In this document: positions 1 through 13,088 of the stretch, piece by piece
How the letters are laid out: each line of letters opens with the position of its first letter
How positions within the stretch are numbered: position 1 is the first letter of the stretch
Sequence record: LC494302.1
DNA: 64,000 bases
Direction: 5' to 3' (one strand)
The notes under the pieces: generated by a model
What the model was told of the DNA's origin: nothing
What the model saw: the letters and a program-made list of their open reading frames with translations, nothing else
Database searches by the model: none
Program-made: the position numbers and the translations under genes

Positions 1-460
1 CGTGGATTACTTACAATCAAGACATTAGCTGAAGCAACTGATGAAGATATGGATGGTGATAATACCTTTACCATGTGAGGAAATATATGTCTGAAAAGCC
101 AAAAGAACCATTAGATCGTGATGATGATTTTTATGACGAACGATATGGAGATGATGATGAGTGAACATAGTGCTGTGCTTAAAAAGATTTTAAAGGAACT
201 TGATGGTGAGTTTAATGTCACAGAAGAAGAATATCAGCATTGGAAGAAAGGTTTTGAACAACTAACCGAGTATGATAAAGTGTTCAATATGATTGGCGTA
301 ATTAGCCAGTACTTACTCGGTGGAGGACGTGCAAGTGCTTCAATTCTGGCATCTGCAATCATCTGTACATCACGATGGTGTGATGAAAAAAGTTTGGAAG
401 ATTTCTAAATAAGATGCTATAATATATTATAGTACCTTAACAATATAAAAAGGATTTTAT

Positions 461-1321
461 ATGAAACCTATCCGAGTACTTTCTCTTTTTAATGGAATGA
501 GTGTGGGATATATGGCATTGCAAGATGCTGGTATCCCAGTTGAAAAATATTATTCATCCGAAATTGATAAGTACGCAATAGCTGAATCTCAATCTAACTT
601 TCCTGATATTATCCAATTGGGTGATGTAACTAAGTGGAGAGAATGGGATATTGAGTGGGACAAAATAGATTTATTAATGGGTGGTTTCCCATGCCAAGCC
701 TGGTCAGTTGCAGGTAAACAGGGTGGTTTAAATGATATACGTGGGCAGTTATTTTTAGTAATGGTTGAAATTTTTGATCATATCAAAAGTCTCAATCCTA
801 ACTTGAAATTTCTGTTTGAAAATGTTAAAATGAAGGAAGATTTCAAAGAATACATTAATAGTATTTTAGGAATCACGCCAGTACTGATAAACTCCCAGCA
901 TTATACGCCTCACTTCAGGCAGAGATATTACTGGTACAGTACTGATAAGCTTTTCATACCACCTGCATTATCCAATGCACCTAAACTTCAAGATATTATT
1001 GAAGATGGTTGGTACACTGACAGAACCGCTTCGTACTGTATAGATGCTAACTATTTTAAAGGTGGTGATTGTAACCAGTACTTTAATAAATCCAGACGAC
1101 AATTGGTGTTTCGTGACCCAGTGATCAGTCGTCAATATCTATTAGAGAATGGCAAAAGAAATATTGACTATAGACACTTAAGTGTAGTAGAATGTTGTAA
1201 ATTACAGGGTGTTCCTGAAGATTTCTTTAAAGTGTCTAGTAAGACACAAGCATACAAAATGCTTGGGAATGGATGGACTATGCCAGTTATATCACATTTA
1301 CTAAGAGAGATATTCTTTTGA
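461..1321 (+). CDS. C5 cytosine-specific DNA methyltransferase (orphan)
   Basis: Motif I LSLFNGMSVG, catalytic motif IV GGFPCQ, motif VI FENV, motif VIII RQRYYW, motif X LGNGW in canonical order. Confidence 0.92.
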   Translation: MKPIRVLSLFNGMSVGYMALQDAGIPVEKYYSSEIDKYAIAESQSNFPDIIQLGDVTKWREWDIEWDKIDLLMGGFPCQAWSVAGKQGGLNDIRGQLFLVMVEIFDHIKSLNPNLKFLFENVKMKEDFKEYINSILGITPVLINSQHYTPHFRQRYYWYSTDKLFIPPALSNAPKLQDIIEDGWYTDRTASYCIDANYFKGGDCNQYFNKSRRQLVFRDPVISRQYLLENGKRNIDYRHLSVVECCKLQGVPEDFFKVSSKTQAYKMLGNGWTMPVISHLLREIFF

Positions 1322-1807
1322 ACATAAACAAATACCAAACTTATATAAAACGTACAGAAAGTTTCAAACGGCTGGCTGTAAAATCTGAATTAGAATTTAA
1401 TTTGTATTATCCTAATATTGGTGATGAGGTATTTTATTGCTCTCATTCAAAGAATGGAACTTTACTTAAATCGGGTAAAGGAACTATTGTTGATATGACC
1501 GCAAATTTCAGAGGTAAACTTAATGTAATGTACAAAGTACAAGATTCAAGTACTGAGTGTATTCATGAAGTGATGCATAACATACCTGCATATCCAAAAG
1601 ATTTTGTTCAGCTAATATCTCGAAGGGAGAAACCTATGTTTTATTGTGGTTACGACAAATTAACCAAACAAATTATTCCTAATACTATGGGAAAATTTAA
1701 AAGTGATGTGAAATCTGAACTTGAAAAGAAATTTGGCACGTCATGGGAAACTGAAAACGAGTTTATCGAAATTCGTTTAATTGAAATTACTATACTTGAA
1801 TAATTAC

Positions 1808-1833
1808 AAATCCACGCATTGCGTGGATTTTTC
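1808..1833 (+). terminator. Rho-independent terminator
   Basis: AAATCCACGC-ATT-GCGTGGATTT perfect stem plus T-run after ORF 1273..1803. Confidence 0.75.
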
Positions 1834-1845
1834 ATAGGTGCATAT

Positions 1846-2361
1846 ATGCCAATTCCTTATGTTAAAATTATTAATAATATTCTCGATTCATGGGAAGATG
1901 TTATTACTGGTAAAAAGAAACCATCACCAGTACATGCTTTATCTGGGAAACTTCAATTCAGAATGTCAAACCAAACTGAAACATTTAATAATCATGATAT
2001 TTGCATTACATTAAAAACACCTGTTAGTATTGTAATTAAAAAAAATAAAGATGATGAATTGACATTATCTATTGGTCGTGATAAAATCATTTTAAGTAAT
2101 TTGTCTGAAGAAGAATTCTTTCAAAGAAGTACTATTATCGATATGAAAGATTTCACATATGAATCATTGGTTGAACTCAATACACGTTTTAACGATATTC
2201 AGGAACGATTGCGACCAATTCTTCGTATCGAAGAAGAAGCCTGGATTGAAAGTATTAGGAAGATGCAAGAAATGTTGAAAGAAAATATTAACAATCTGGG
2301 TAAAGCTACAATGGAATTTGGTAAAACTTTTAAACTGAACTTTTCAAAGGATCGTAAATGA
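1846..2361 (+). CDS. hypothetical protein, EExFFQxST-motif family
   Basis: ATG 1846 after AGGTG; motif SEEEFFQRSTIIDM. Confidence 0.7.
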   Translation: MPIPYVKIINNILDSWEDVITGKKKPSPVHALSGKLQFRMSNQTETFNNHDICITLKTPVSIVIKKNKDDELTLSIGRDKIILSNLSEEEFFQRSTIIDMKDFTYESLVELNTRFNDIQERLRPILRIEEEAWIESIRKMQEMLKENINNLGKATMEFGKTFKLNFSKDRK

Positions 2362-2813
2362 AAATTGATAATTTGATTCATGTTTTAGGATCTTTACATA
2401 AAATATTATCACATCTACATGAGATAAAGAAACTGGGATTTAACATCTCAAATTCAATTGAAACTACATTTAAATATCAATCAATTACTGGTGATGGTTA
2501 TTACATAATCGAATATACTTATGAAACCGATCCAGACTTCTATCCTCTTACGTTGAGAATTTATCCAACAAATCCGAGAGGAATTCACGACATATCATCA
2601 ATTTCACTTGATCCAGATGGTGAAACGAGTATTGAATACAATAATGATTCAAAACCAGAATTTTACATTGATGATATTAAAATGATGTTCAACGATGAAT
2701 ATGTTTTCCAACAAAGTACTGTGCATGATGTTGGAAGTACTAATGGACAATTTTGGAATACATGTTATTATCATATGATTGAAATTTGTAAATTATTAAA
2801 AGGCGATGATTAA
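2358..2813 (+). CDS. hypothetical protein, EExFFQxST-motif family
   Basis: ATGA-coupled ORF; motif NDEYVFQQSTVHDV. Confidence 0.7.
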   Translation: MKIDNLIHVLGSLHKILSHLHEIKKLGFNISNSIETTFKYQSITGDGYYIIEYTYETDPDFYPLTLRIYPTNPRGIHDISSISLDPDGETSIEYNNDSKPEFYIDDIKMMFNDEYVFQQSTVHDVGSTNGQFWNTCYYHMIEICKLLKGDD

Positions 2814-3192
2814 TGAAATACAGCATTGAAGTACATTACACTACAGGGGACACTGAAACTGAAGATTCAGTTACCAATACATTGGATGTTCAATGGGAAT
2901 CAAAGGATGAGGCAGTTGTAGCATTACAGTCTTTGAAAGAGCATTGGGTATTCTTTAAGAAACTCGATGATGCATATAGTAACGAACGTGCGACAATAAT
3001 CGATGAAGCCAAACATAAAGAATGGTTTGATCCAATGTCATGTGAATTCTCTTTCTTTGTAAAAATTGGAGATGAAAAAATTCCAGTACGTACACCGTGG
3101 AACGGCTACTTTGAAACTCTTCATAATGCACGAGTTGTCGCTGTTGATAATCCTGAACAAATCGATTTCGATTCATTGGACTGGAAAAAACT

Positions 3193-3636
3193 ATGACAGT
3201 ACTGCACCAATTGAAGAAGGTTAAGCATCCAGTTGTATATGAGGACTGGAAACGTCAGAAGCTGATGGGTGATTTTTATTTCCCAAAATCTAAAGTACTA
3301 GCAACGTCAAAAGCTATATACTTGAAATATAAGGATGAAGATTGTTTGTGTATTCAAATGGGATTCCATCCTAAAGTTGGTTTGTTTACAACAAATCAAA
3401 CATTTTATAAATTTAGAATTCAAAAAGATACATTTAGTATTCATATCGAAAAGCATGATGTACAAGATACAATTTATCGTGTGGAAAGTGAGCCTTTGAA
3501 TCTTGTTGAGATTCCGTACAATAATTTAGAAGAAATGTACTTTCAGCAGTTGACAATACAAGAAGACTTTGGTATGATAGGACTTCAAGAGTTAGAGATG
3601 ATTAAACAAATTCGTGATATCTACTTTAAGGAGTAA
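3193..3636 (+). CDS. hypothetical protein, EExFFQxST-motif family
   Basis: motif LEEMYFQQLTIQED. Confidence 0.7.
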   Translation: MTVLHQLKKVKHPVVYEDWKRQKLMGDFYFPKSKVLATSKAIYLKYKDEDCLCIQMGFHPKVGLFTTNQTFYKFRIQKDTFSIHIEKHDVQDTIYRVESEPLNLVEIPYNNLEEMYFQQLTIQEDFGMIGLQELEMIKQIRDIYFKE

Positions 3637-3638
3637 CT

Positions 3639-3782
3639 ATGCCAGTACGTAACAGTACTTCACGCTTTACGCTTCAACAGAAAGCAGATCTTTTGAATAT
3701 GGCAAACAAAGATTCTAATTTTCACTATCTAGTACTCGGTGGTTCAGTTGAAAAGATTGACCTACGTGAGTGTATGAAATAA
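3639..3782 (+). CDS. small hypothetical protein (47 aa, below ORF-track cutoff)
   Basis: AAGGAG RBS then ATG; MPVRNSTSRFTLQQKADLLNMANKDSNFHYLVLGGSVEKIDLRECMK. Confidence 0.55.
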   Translation: MPVRNSTSRFTLQQKADLLNMANKDSNFHYLVLGGSVEKIDLRECMK

Positions 3783-4167
3783 CAAAAGGGGCTAAAATGA
3801 GTTTACGTGAATCATGGGAACAATTTAAAGAAGAGATTGGTTATCGTGGTGTTAAGATTGAACCAATCAATCGTACTGAAAGCATCAAAGCTAGTACTAA
3901 TGGTACTACCTATGATCGTTATGATGAAAAGTATGGTTTACATTCTAAACCAAAGGATACTGAGTAATGGTGTATACTAATATTTTTACTGGTATTATGC
4001 GTAAATTTATTAATGGTACTGGATACGTATCTAATGACAACGGTAGTACATGGGTAAAAAATAATACGTCTGAATCTTTAGTAAAAAGTCTTCCGTATTA
4101 TAAAGCTTGACACATGAAAATGGAGTATGTATAATACTCCTATATTAATTAAACGAGGATATACGAA

Positions 4168-4740
4168 ATGGCTGGTGTTGATAAAATTTGTGAATTCAGT
4201 TCAGATTATGAAGGTTACGAAATGTACAAGTCCAAGCGTAATCACATCCAAGTACTGTCAAAGTACCGTAAAGAATTCAGAGGCCACAAAGCAACATTGT
4301 ATGTTTTTGAGAATGGATATTCTGAAGTTTTCACAAGTGGTGGGTACAGTACAGCTAACATGGCACATATCAACCCAAACCCAACTGAAGATGATTGGAA
4401 TAGTGGTAACGCTTTTCGTATTTCAATTTTGAATAAAATGAATCGTTACGACCGTTATTGTACATTCTTTGAAAATATTTCAGAATACAAGCAAGCATTA
4501 AAGAAATATAATCAACGCTTACTAATGAATTATGATTACATTCTTCATGTGCCAACTGTTCCAGGTCAGGTTAATGGTCTGTATACGAATAGTACACATG
4601 ATTTAACTGCGGTGAAGCGTCGCCTCAAACGTATGTTGGGTTGTCGTAATTTAACAATCAAGGTTGTGCGTAATGAATCAATGTATAACTTTTTAGATGT
4701 ACTACACTACACATTGAAGGATAATAATGGAAACGATTAA
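4168..4740 (+). CDS. hypothetical protein
   Basis: GAGGA RBS, 190 aa ORF. Confidence 0.7.
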   Translation: MAGVDKICEFSSDYEGYEMYKSKRNHIQVLSKYRKEFRGHKATLYVFENGYSEVFTSGGYSTANMAHINPNPTEDDWNSGNAFRISILNKMNRYDRYCTFFENISEYKQALKKYNQRLLMNYDYILHVPTVPGQVNGLYTNSTHDLTAVKRRLKRMLGCRNLTIKVVRNESMYNFLDVLHYTLKDNNGND

Positions 4741-4920
4741 GTTTATGTTTGAGGTGTTTGTTGCATTCATCTTATGTGCTGTGTCTATTACTATTGCTTT
4801 AATCCCAGTAATCGTTTACCAAGTTAATGGTGGGACAGATCCAACAATTGATATTTTACTTCGTTGTTTCGGGTTTTTTATATGGTTGGCGATGTTTATG
4901 TACTACATGCATCTTGAGGA

Positions 4921-5757
4921 TTGATTATGTCATTAGAAAAAATAATCATTTCTGAATTCCGAAAGTATATCATGGATTGTGATAGAGATGTACAGCGTAA
5001 GTTCAATGAGTACCTTGACAAATATCCGTATTTGATGTTTAATCCGTTTGAAACTGATGATGATTTATATCTTGGTTTTTACATAGGATTTACTCAACGA
5101 ATTCTTCATAAAGATGAAATGAAACAATCTGAGATTTGGGTAGAAACTGACTCATCCGAGTCTAATGTTTTTTATCTTTATACATATTATGCCGAAATTG
5201 TTAGAGATACGACACCTGATGGTTGTCTATTTGTACAATCTTCTGATATTGAAAGAATATATATCGAACCTGTATCTTTAGATATGGTTGCACAGCTTCC
5301 AACTATCCAACAGTTAGGTGCAGACGAATTAACTTATTCTGTATTTGAATATCTAGGTAGAGATGATTTGACTCAAGAAATTGATAAAATGGTTTCTAAA
5401 TATACTTCATCACTTATTTCGAATGGTAAACTTAAATTAGAACTAATTTTTGAAGATACTAGTATTAATCCAGTAAGAGGGGTTACAATTGGAAAAGTTA
5501 CCATACGTGTTGTTTACGATAATGAAGTACTAGGATATATTTCAAAACGTGGACATGATTTATGTATAATTAGTACATTCGTTATTTCTCGTAAAAAATG
5601 GAATGATTTAATGCAAAAAATCGTGGACGGCAGTAAAATTCGTGATATAATATGTAATGACATGGTAATTATGAATCCTGATGTTGACTGTGATGTATAT
5701 TTTCCAGTTCCTGGATTTACACGAGAAAACTTTAGTAAATTGAAGGATACGAAATGA
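4921..5757 (+). CDS. hypothetical protein
   Basis: 278 aa ORF coupled to neighbours. Confidence 0.7.
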   Translation: MIMSLEKIIISEFRKYIMDCDRDVQRKFNEYLDKYPYLMFNPFETDDDLYLGFYIGFTQRILHKDEMKQSEIWVETDSSESNVFYLYTYYAEIVRDTTPDGCLFVQSSDIERIYIEPVSLDMVAQLPTIQQLGADELTYSVFEYLGRDDLTQEIDKMVSKYTSSLISNGKLKLELIFEDTSINPVRGVTIGKVTIRVVYDNEVLGYISKRGHDLCIISTFVISRKKWNDLMQKIVDGSKIRDIICNDMVIMNPDVDCDVYFPVPGFTRENFSKLKDTK

Positions 5758-6717
5758 AAATTTTAGAAGTCTTGCTAGAAAAAGATGCATCTGGTACTCT
5801 TTATGTTGGTAATGAGTTCAGTCCAGATCCAATTGATATGTTACAGAGAATCCAAACACTGACTCAAAACATCTCGGTTAAAAAACCGTTTCAGAAAGAA
5901 TTGGAAATCTTTTGTGATAAAGATATTGAACAGCATGATAATGTGATTTCAGATATTAAAAGTCTATTGACAAAAAATGGTTATGTAGAGTATAATCCTC
6001 CTATCGTAATCGTTATTCCAGACTTCATGAAAGGAACAATCTAATGACTAAAGACGAAATGAAATCTCACTTAAGCGAACTGAAGAAAGAACGTAAACTA
6101 GTACGTTTAGACTGGGATATCCTTAACAGGAAAGATGAGCAATCATATGCTAACTGGAGTTCTGATAAAGTACGAAATGACCGTTCTAAAGAAGATGCAA
6201 AGCAATTCATGGCATTATCGAAGCGACTATCATCTTTGAACAGTGAAATTACTGGCCTTCAGAAAGAGATCATTTCCATTCTTAAAGCGGAGATTGAATC
6301 ACTCTATGAATAAACATGAAGTAATTCATTTTGATGATAAGATCTATATTCCAAATATTGATAGTACTGAAACATATTACCTAATCAATAAGATTATGGC
6401 TGAAACAAATACGTGTTGTCGTCAACAGCCAGGAAAATATGAGTTCAGTCAGACTATTGGTTATTACCGATATGATATGTTAGAATCATTTACAATTGAT
6501 AAGTCTAAAGTTATTGACATTCTTGTACAGAATGGATATAATGAAGAACGTGTAAATAATACAGATTTACCAGTTTCAAAAATTGTTCTTTCTAATAATT
6601 AAACATTGGACAAGAACAGATATTGTGATATAATGTTTGTTATCGGCAGATATTAAAATGCAAACCATTCCTCAATGATGAGGGTTTTTCATAAAAAAGA
6701 AATAAAAGGGTATTAAA

Positions 6718-6927
6718 ATGGCTAAAGAAACTAACGCACAAGTACTAGATATCACCGACTTCGACCGCACTGTGAACTACATTCAATTCCAGATTCATCA
6801 AGCAGAAGAAGCTCTAGCAGTATTCCACGGTACTGGTGCAAGGCCAATCCGTTTTGCTCACTTGATTGCATGGAAGAAAAGTCTTCAAGAAGAACTATCT
6901 GAACTGCGTAAAGCAAATCGTAAGTAA
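6718..6927 (+). CDS. small hypothetical protein in its own promoter/terminator unit
   Basis: TGGACA/TATAAT upstream (about 6607-6634); terminator at 6939-6965. Confidence 0.65.
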   Translation: MAKETNAQVLDITDFDRTVNYIQFQIHQAEEALAVFHGTGARPIRFAHLIAWKKSLQEELSELRKANRK

Positions 6928-6938
6928 TTTATCTTACC

Positions 6939-6965
6939 GCCTCATCATTTTTGATGGGGCATTTT
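6939..6965 (+). terminator. Rho-independent terminator
   Basis: GCCTCATCA-TTTT-TGATGGGGC then ATTTT. Confidence 0.6.
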
Positions 6966-7973
6966 AATCATATAAAGTAAGAGGATTTATAAATGAGTGT
7001 TGAATATTGGTTTTTGTTTGTGTGTATTGGTACACTTGCATTAATCACCATTGGATTGATTTTCAATACCATGATTAGTGGAAGTAAGTACTTTAAGACA
7101 TTCCAACTTTTAATGTCTGCTATGCCATATAGTGCTGATGCCGAAAAAACAATTTCTCTAATTTTAGATAAGTTCGATGCAAATCTTTTGGTGGCTAAAA
7201 TTTCAGCATGTGATACAAATATTTCATTCTACTCGGTAGACACGGATCTAGATGGAATTGATACACAATACTCAAATCCAGTAGTTGCTGAAATTTTCAT
7301 TGGTTCAAAATATTATGCCTATGGATATGTAAGAAAATATTATTCAGAAGCAAAAGCTGAGTTGACGAAGAAGCGACCATCAATAAAAACTTTAAAACGC
7401 ATCATTGCGTTGGAAAAATCACTTCGTGGTCAAACAAGCGTTAATGAGCCACCATCAGTGATTAAATCCAAAAAAAGTAATGTTGTGGAGTTGGAGTAAT
7501 GGAACCAGAAAAATCAAGAAAAATTCTTATTGATGTCCAAACTAAATTACTAGATATTATGGAAATCATCAATGAGTTACCACAGGGTTATCAGTACAAA
7601 GTTCGTGAAATGTTATCTTGTGCCGAAACCGTTGTTTCTATGTACGATGATATTCAACATGGTATTATCCCTGATATTCTCAAAGATGACGTAAATATTA
7701 ACACTGAGGTAAAAGAAACTAAATTAGAATCAGAAACAGTATCTAATAAAAAAGTTCTAGACCTTAGTGGTATAAAAATTAATATCTAAAAAACATCCAA
7801 TAGGAGAAGTAATGAGTAATCAAAAAATCGACTTAGTAGTAAAACTTCAAGAGATTCAAGCACTAGCTAAAGACCTTGATAACACACGTGCATCAGTAGT
7901 TGATTCACTATGTGCAACAATCCTGACTGTTTTTACAGATTACGAAAAGAAATCTGATTAAACGTTACTTTGT

Positions 7974-8004
7974 AAATACCCAGTACTTGACTGGGTATTT
8001 TTTT
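7974..8004 (+). terminator. Rho-independent terminator containing AGTACT
   Basis: AAATACCCAGT-ACTTG-ACTGGGTATTT plus T-run. Confidence 0.75.
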
Positions 8005-9737
8005 AAGGAAATAAAATGACTGAATCAGAACTACACGAAATGATAGATTTCATTTATGAAATGGTACAAGATAAAAATAACATCAATACAATTGCATCAG
8101 GCCCAAGACAAATTGGTAACCAAATAACATATTCTTTGTCCTTATGGTTACACCCGTGCATTAAGGTTGATTGTTTGTATTTCCGTCCTGATATTGATGC
8201 TTATTATTTTGTCAATCATGATGCATTAATGAAACCACATAATCGTCCAGTTGATGATACCTTTGTGACACACCCATTTTACCTGGCTGATTCCGAAGAA
8301 GATGAGTTTCAAAAGAACACAACGTTAAGCCCAGGTGAAATTTGCATCCCTTACGTACTTAAAGATAAAATGAATCACATCACAGAAGTTATGAAAACAT
8401 GCTGGTAGATGCAATGAAACTCTGATATAATACAAATAATGATAATAAGAGGATATATGAAATTTATTGATTTTGATATTTCTAAGGCCAAAGAATTATT
8501 TGTAAGAAATGAAGTTTATGATATCATGTTACATAACGGCACTGTACAAGAAGATGTTGTGTTGTTTTCGTTTGATGGTGAAAATCTCGAAACTATATAT
8601 AAATTCAGCAACTTAGATGGTGACTTTTGGGAAACCAGTGCTGTTAAAATGTATAGAATTAAAAAGGAGCATTAACATGCCAATTCGTGGTGTACCAGAA
8701 CCATTAATGGAAGTTATTAAGCATGTTCGCATTGGAGATCGAGAAGTTAATCTTCGCCGTAATAACATTTATTACTTTAAAACTTCAGAAATGAGTTCTG
8801 TACAGATTGTCATTGGTACATCTATTAAGATTACTCGTGTACTTGATGGTAGTACTGATTTCGTTGAATATAATGTACTTACTAACAAAGTAATACACAC
8901 ATATAAATGGAGTGGGTATAAAACTATTAAGTATGAGTTTGATGTTGCTAGAACTGAAGAAGAACGATTTATGTTAAGTACTATCAATCCAGCAAACTAC
9001 CCTGACCTTGATACATTTTTGCTAATTTTAAAACTGTATAATGAAGCAAATGGGAAAGCGAAGGAGTATGATAGAATTATGTATGAACGCAAAAAAGAAC
9101 GTGCTCAGAAAAGTTATGATCTTTATGATAACCCATATGTAAAATATAATAAGGGGAGAAAATGAATAACGAAGTTCAAATTATCATAACTCCACCTATA
9201 CAAAGTCTTGATGTATCTATTAGTGATTTTTTAGAAAAATATTATGAATGGTTTAATAATGATAATACCATTTATAATCATTCATTACCAGATGGTTTCG
9301 TGGAGCTTATCGAATTAAATTCAAAATCACTATACTTCTGTGTTGAATACAATGATTATATGACAGATGAAGATTATCGCTTTCGTTGTACATTGTATCC
9401 GAATTATTTTTCAATAGGTTATAAAGATTACCAGTACTGTACCACTAACTATAGTGTTGAGGAAGAATTTCAGTACAATTTACTTTATCCTGATTTAGAT
9501 TATACGATTGCAGTACTGTTGACTAAAATCATGGATTTTTATAAAGATAAATATAATGCAGCCTAAGACATTTGATGAGTGGTTTAATCTACACTATAAT
9601 ATAAATGCAGCAGATATATACTATTTTAAGCTTGAATTGTATATATCATTGCGTAACCCAATTGAGTACTATAACAACATTATCAATTGTGATGATTTTG
9701 GTACATATTTTAGTATAGCCGTTATGGATATTAAGAG

Positions 9738-9917
9738 ATGACACATGAAGAATGGATGGCAATGATGAAAAAACGTTATGACCAGTTTGGAAATGGATTT
9801 ATTGATGGTCATTTCGATATTTTACGAGACAAATATAAGTTCGAATCATATGTACTAGATGAGAATGGAAATCGTTGGTTCATCTATGAGCTTGCGGTTA
9901 GAGACAAAAAAATATAA
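9738..9917 (+). CDS. MTHEEW-family small protein 1 (59 aa)
   Basis: Read by hand: MTHEEWMAMMKKRYDQFGNGFIDGHFDILRDKYKFESYVLDENGNRWFIYELAVRDKKI; ATGA overlap with 9556..9741. Confidence 0.7.
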   Translation: MTHEEWMAMMKKRYDQFGNGFIDGHFDILRDKYKFESYVLDENGNRWFIYELAVRDKKI

Positions 9918-9995
9918 TAACCTTTTCCATTGTCCATTGCAATGCTTTCTTTACAGAAGAATAAATGAAACACTTAATTGAACTGGATACATAAA

Positions 9996-10172
9996 ATGAC
10001 ACATGAAGAATGGATAGAGTCACTAAAATATAAACATGATCATTTTGGATTTGGTATACGCCAAGGCCATTATGATGTTTTGAACGATAAAAAAACGTTC
10101 GAATCATTGGTTTTGGACGAAGATTCCAACCACTGGTTCATCTACGAGCTTGCTATTAGAGATAAAAAATAG
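9996..10172 (+). CDS. MTHEEW-family small protein 2
   Basis: MTHEEWIESLKYKHDHFGFG...WFIYELAIRDKK, clear paralog of 9738..9917. Confidence 0.7.
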   Translation: MTHEEWIESLKYKHDHFGFGIRQGHYDVLNDKKTFESLVLDEDSNHWFIYELAIRDKK

Positions 10173-10177
10173 TAAGA

Positions 10178-10298
<121 letters not shown>

Positions 10299-10514
10299 TG
10301 AAAGTCATTATCAATCCAGCAGGAAACTTTTTTGGTGAGGTTTTCGGTGCAGACTGTGTTGTGCAAAATTTTCCACGAATTGAAATTGACGGAATTGATG
10401 TTCAACAATATGGAAACCTGTACTATGTAGTTGATAAGACTGGTTCTATTGTTCATGACAGTGCTTTCTTTACAAAAGAAGAGATGCAGCACTTAATTGT
10501 ACTGGATACATAAA

Positions 10515-10697
10515 ATGACACACGAAGAATGGATGTCCAAACAGCATAAAGAACATGACTGCTTTGGGAATGGCATTCGTCAGGTACATTATGATATATT
10601 AAGAGATGAAAATCTTTTCAGGTCATATGTTTTGGATACCAGAAAACCCTGGTTTATATGCGAACTGGCATTTAGAAAGTCAAATAATCAAAACTAA
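10515..10697 (+). CDS. MTHEEW-family small protein 3
   Basis: MTHEEWMSKQHKEHDCFGNG...WFICELAFRK. Confidence 0.7.
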   Translation: MTHEEWMSKQHKEHDCFGNGIRQVHYDILRDENLFRSYVLDTRKPWFICELAFRKSNNQN

Positions 10698-11275
10698 ACA
10701 AGGAATACAAAAAATGGAAACAACTTTATTTGAAGTTATTCAATCATTAAAACCTGAAGATGAGGTTCAAGTACTACTACATGGTTATCGTGTAAAAGGT
10801 ACTGTGGTTTTAGTCAATGATACAACATTGGTTATTACAGAAACAAACCCATATGATAGTAATCAACTTGCCAATATCCATATCGATATCACTGGAATTA
10901 TTGGTGTCGGTGTATCTAAAACACTTGCATAAATCATTAATTCATTATATAATGATTATCACTGGTTCTAGATGAGGATAATATTATGCATTTTGAAAAA
11001 TTCAACGTAAATCGTAACACACGCATTGAAGTTCTTTATGAAACTCAAGACACCATTAGTATTCGTACAAGTAGTGGGGATGTATATCATGACTGTACGA
11101 TTGGCTGGGAACAGGGAAGAACGCGTAGTGCAGTATTTGATAATTATCGCTTTTATCAAGGAGACACTACGATTTGGCCTGAATACGTAGAAGATATTGC
11201 GTTTGAAGATGAACATAAAGATGAATTTATCAAATTTAATCCTCAAACTGAATCATAAATAATGGGACATCACAT

Positions 11276-11391
<116 letters not shown>

Positions 11392-11395
11392 AAAT

Positions 11396-11497
<102 letters not shown>

Positions 11498-11502
11498 AAA
11501 CC

Positions 11503-11663
11503 ATGACGCATGAAGAATGGATGAATGACATTAATTTTAGATATGCAGGTTTCGGTAACTGGAGAAAGTATCATTGGGAAATCATGTCAGACCCAGCAGA
11601 ATACGATAAACTTATAAACCATGAAGCGTATCCGTGGTTCTTTATTGAAATAATGGTACGAAC

Positions 11664-11667
<4 letters not shown>
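11503..11667 (+). CDS. MTHEEW-family small protein 4 (54 aa)
   Basis: MTHEEWMNDINFRYAGFGNWRKYHWEIMSDPAEYDKLINHEAYPWFFIEIMVRT, read by hand. Confidence 0.65.
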
Positions 11668-11829
<162 letters not shown>

Positions 11830-11837
11830 AAAAAAAG

Positions 11838-12251
<414 letters not shown>

Positions 12252-12308
12252 CTAAATAATTCAGTACTGAGGATATTAATATGTTTAAAGATGAACGTCC
12301 AGATTTGT

Positions 12309-12346
<38 letters not shown>

Positions 12347-12351
12347 GAATT

Positions 12352-12692
12352 CCACAATCAGACGTATATGGTGTAAGTTACGTCGATGCAATCCAGAACA
12401 AGATCTCTGGTACTCTAGGAAGTGGTGAATGTTAACCTAGACGGGTTTGATAATTGGACGATAGGCAATTATTACTTGACTAGCAGGTTGAAACTAGAGG
12501 TGACAGTCCTTCACCAAACTGGAAAACCGGATGGACTTTTATTTAAAAGGGTAAGGCGTGGAAATATGTTTACAGAAGTTGCTTTTAGTAGCCTGTACGC
12601 CCCACGTCAAGGTAGCCGAAAGGCAAGTTAAAACGGATGGTTATAAAGCTGAATTAACAGCGGCGTTTAAAAGCGTCACCATCCATTTTTTT
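12352..12692 (+). ncRNA. putative ~330 nt structured non-coding RNA
   Basis: Own promoter, GC-richer than flanks, at least 8 hairpins, closes with GGATGG/CCATCC stem and T-run. Confidence 0.6.
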
Positions 12693-13029
12693 AATTAAAG
12701 TTGGTGATATGAGTGTTAAAGACATTTCAAAGTATGAAGAGTTTCTTAAATCATTTTTGAATTCAAAATTAACATCTAAAGCTTCTAAAAATTGGAGTGA
12801 GGATAACCCAGAAATCCGTGTTTTTAATGAGAACGATGAATCGTTTATTATTAATGATAACGAAATTGTTTTTGAATCATTAGAAGAAAATAAAGAAATA
12901 AAAAAACTAAAATATCCTACGTTACGAGATATAGTAAATAGTTTAAGTACTGAATACATTACTTTCAAGCTATGTGCTGATGAAGCAGATGAATTCCAGA
13001 AACGAACAGTATATGAAAATGTGTTTCCG

Positions 13030-13064
<35 letters not shown>

Positions 13065-13088
13065 GAAGGTTTTTTCCGAAAATAGTAC

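Noticed and set aside
461-1803. Restriction-modification operon
   Set aside because: The gene after the MTase shows no nuclease motif; the nearest nuclease-like gene is about 20 kb away.
12352-12692. tmRNA or ORF 12422..12631 as the explanation of this region
   Set aside because: No tRNA-like GGGG...CCA ends or tag frame; the ORF has a GTG start without a convincing RBS and cuts across the stems.
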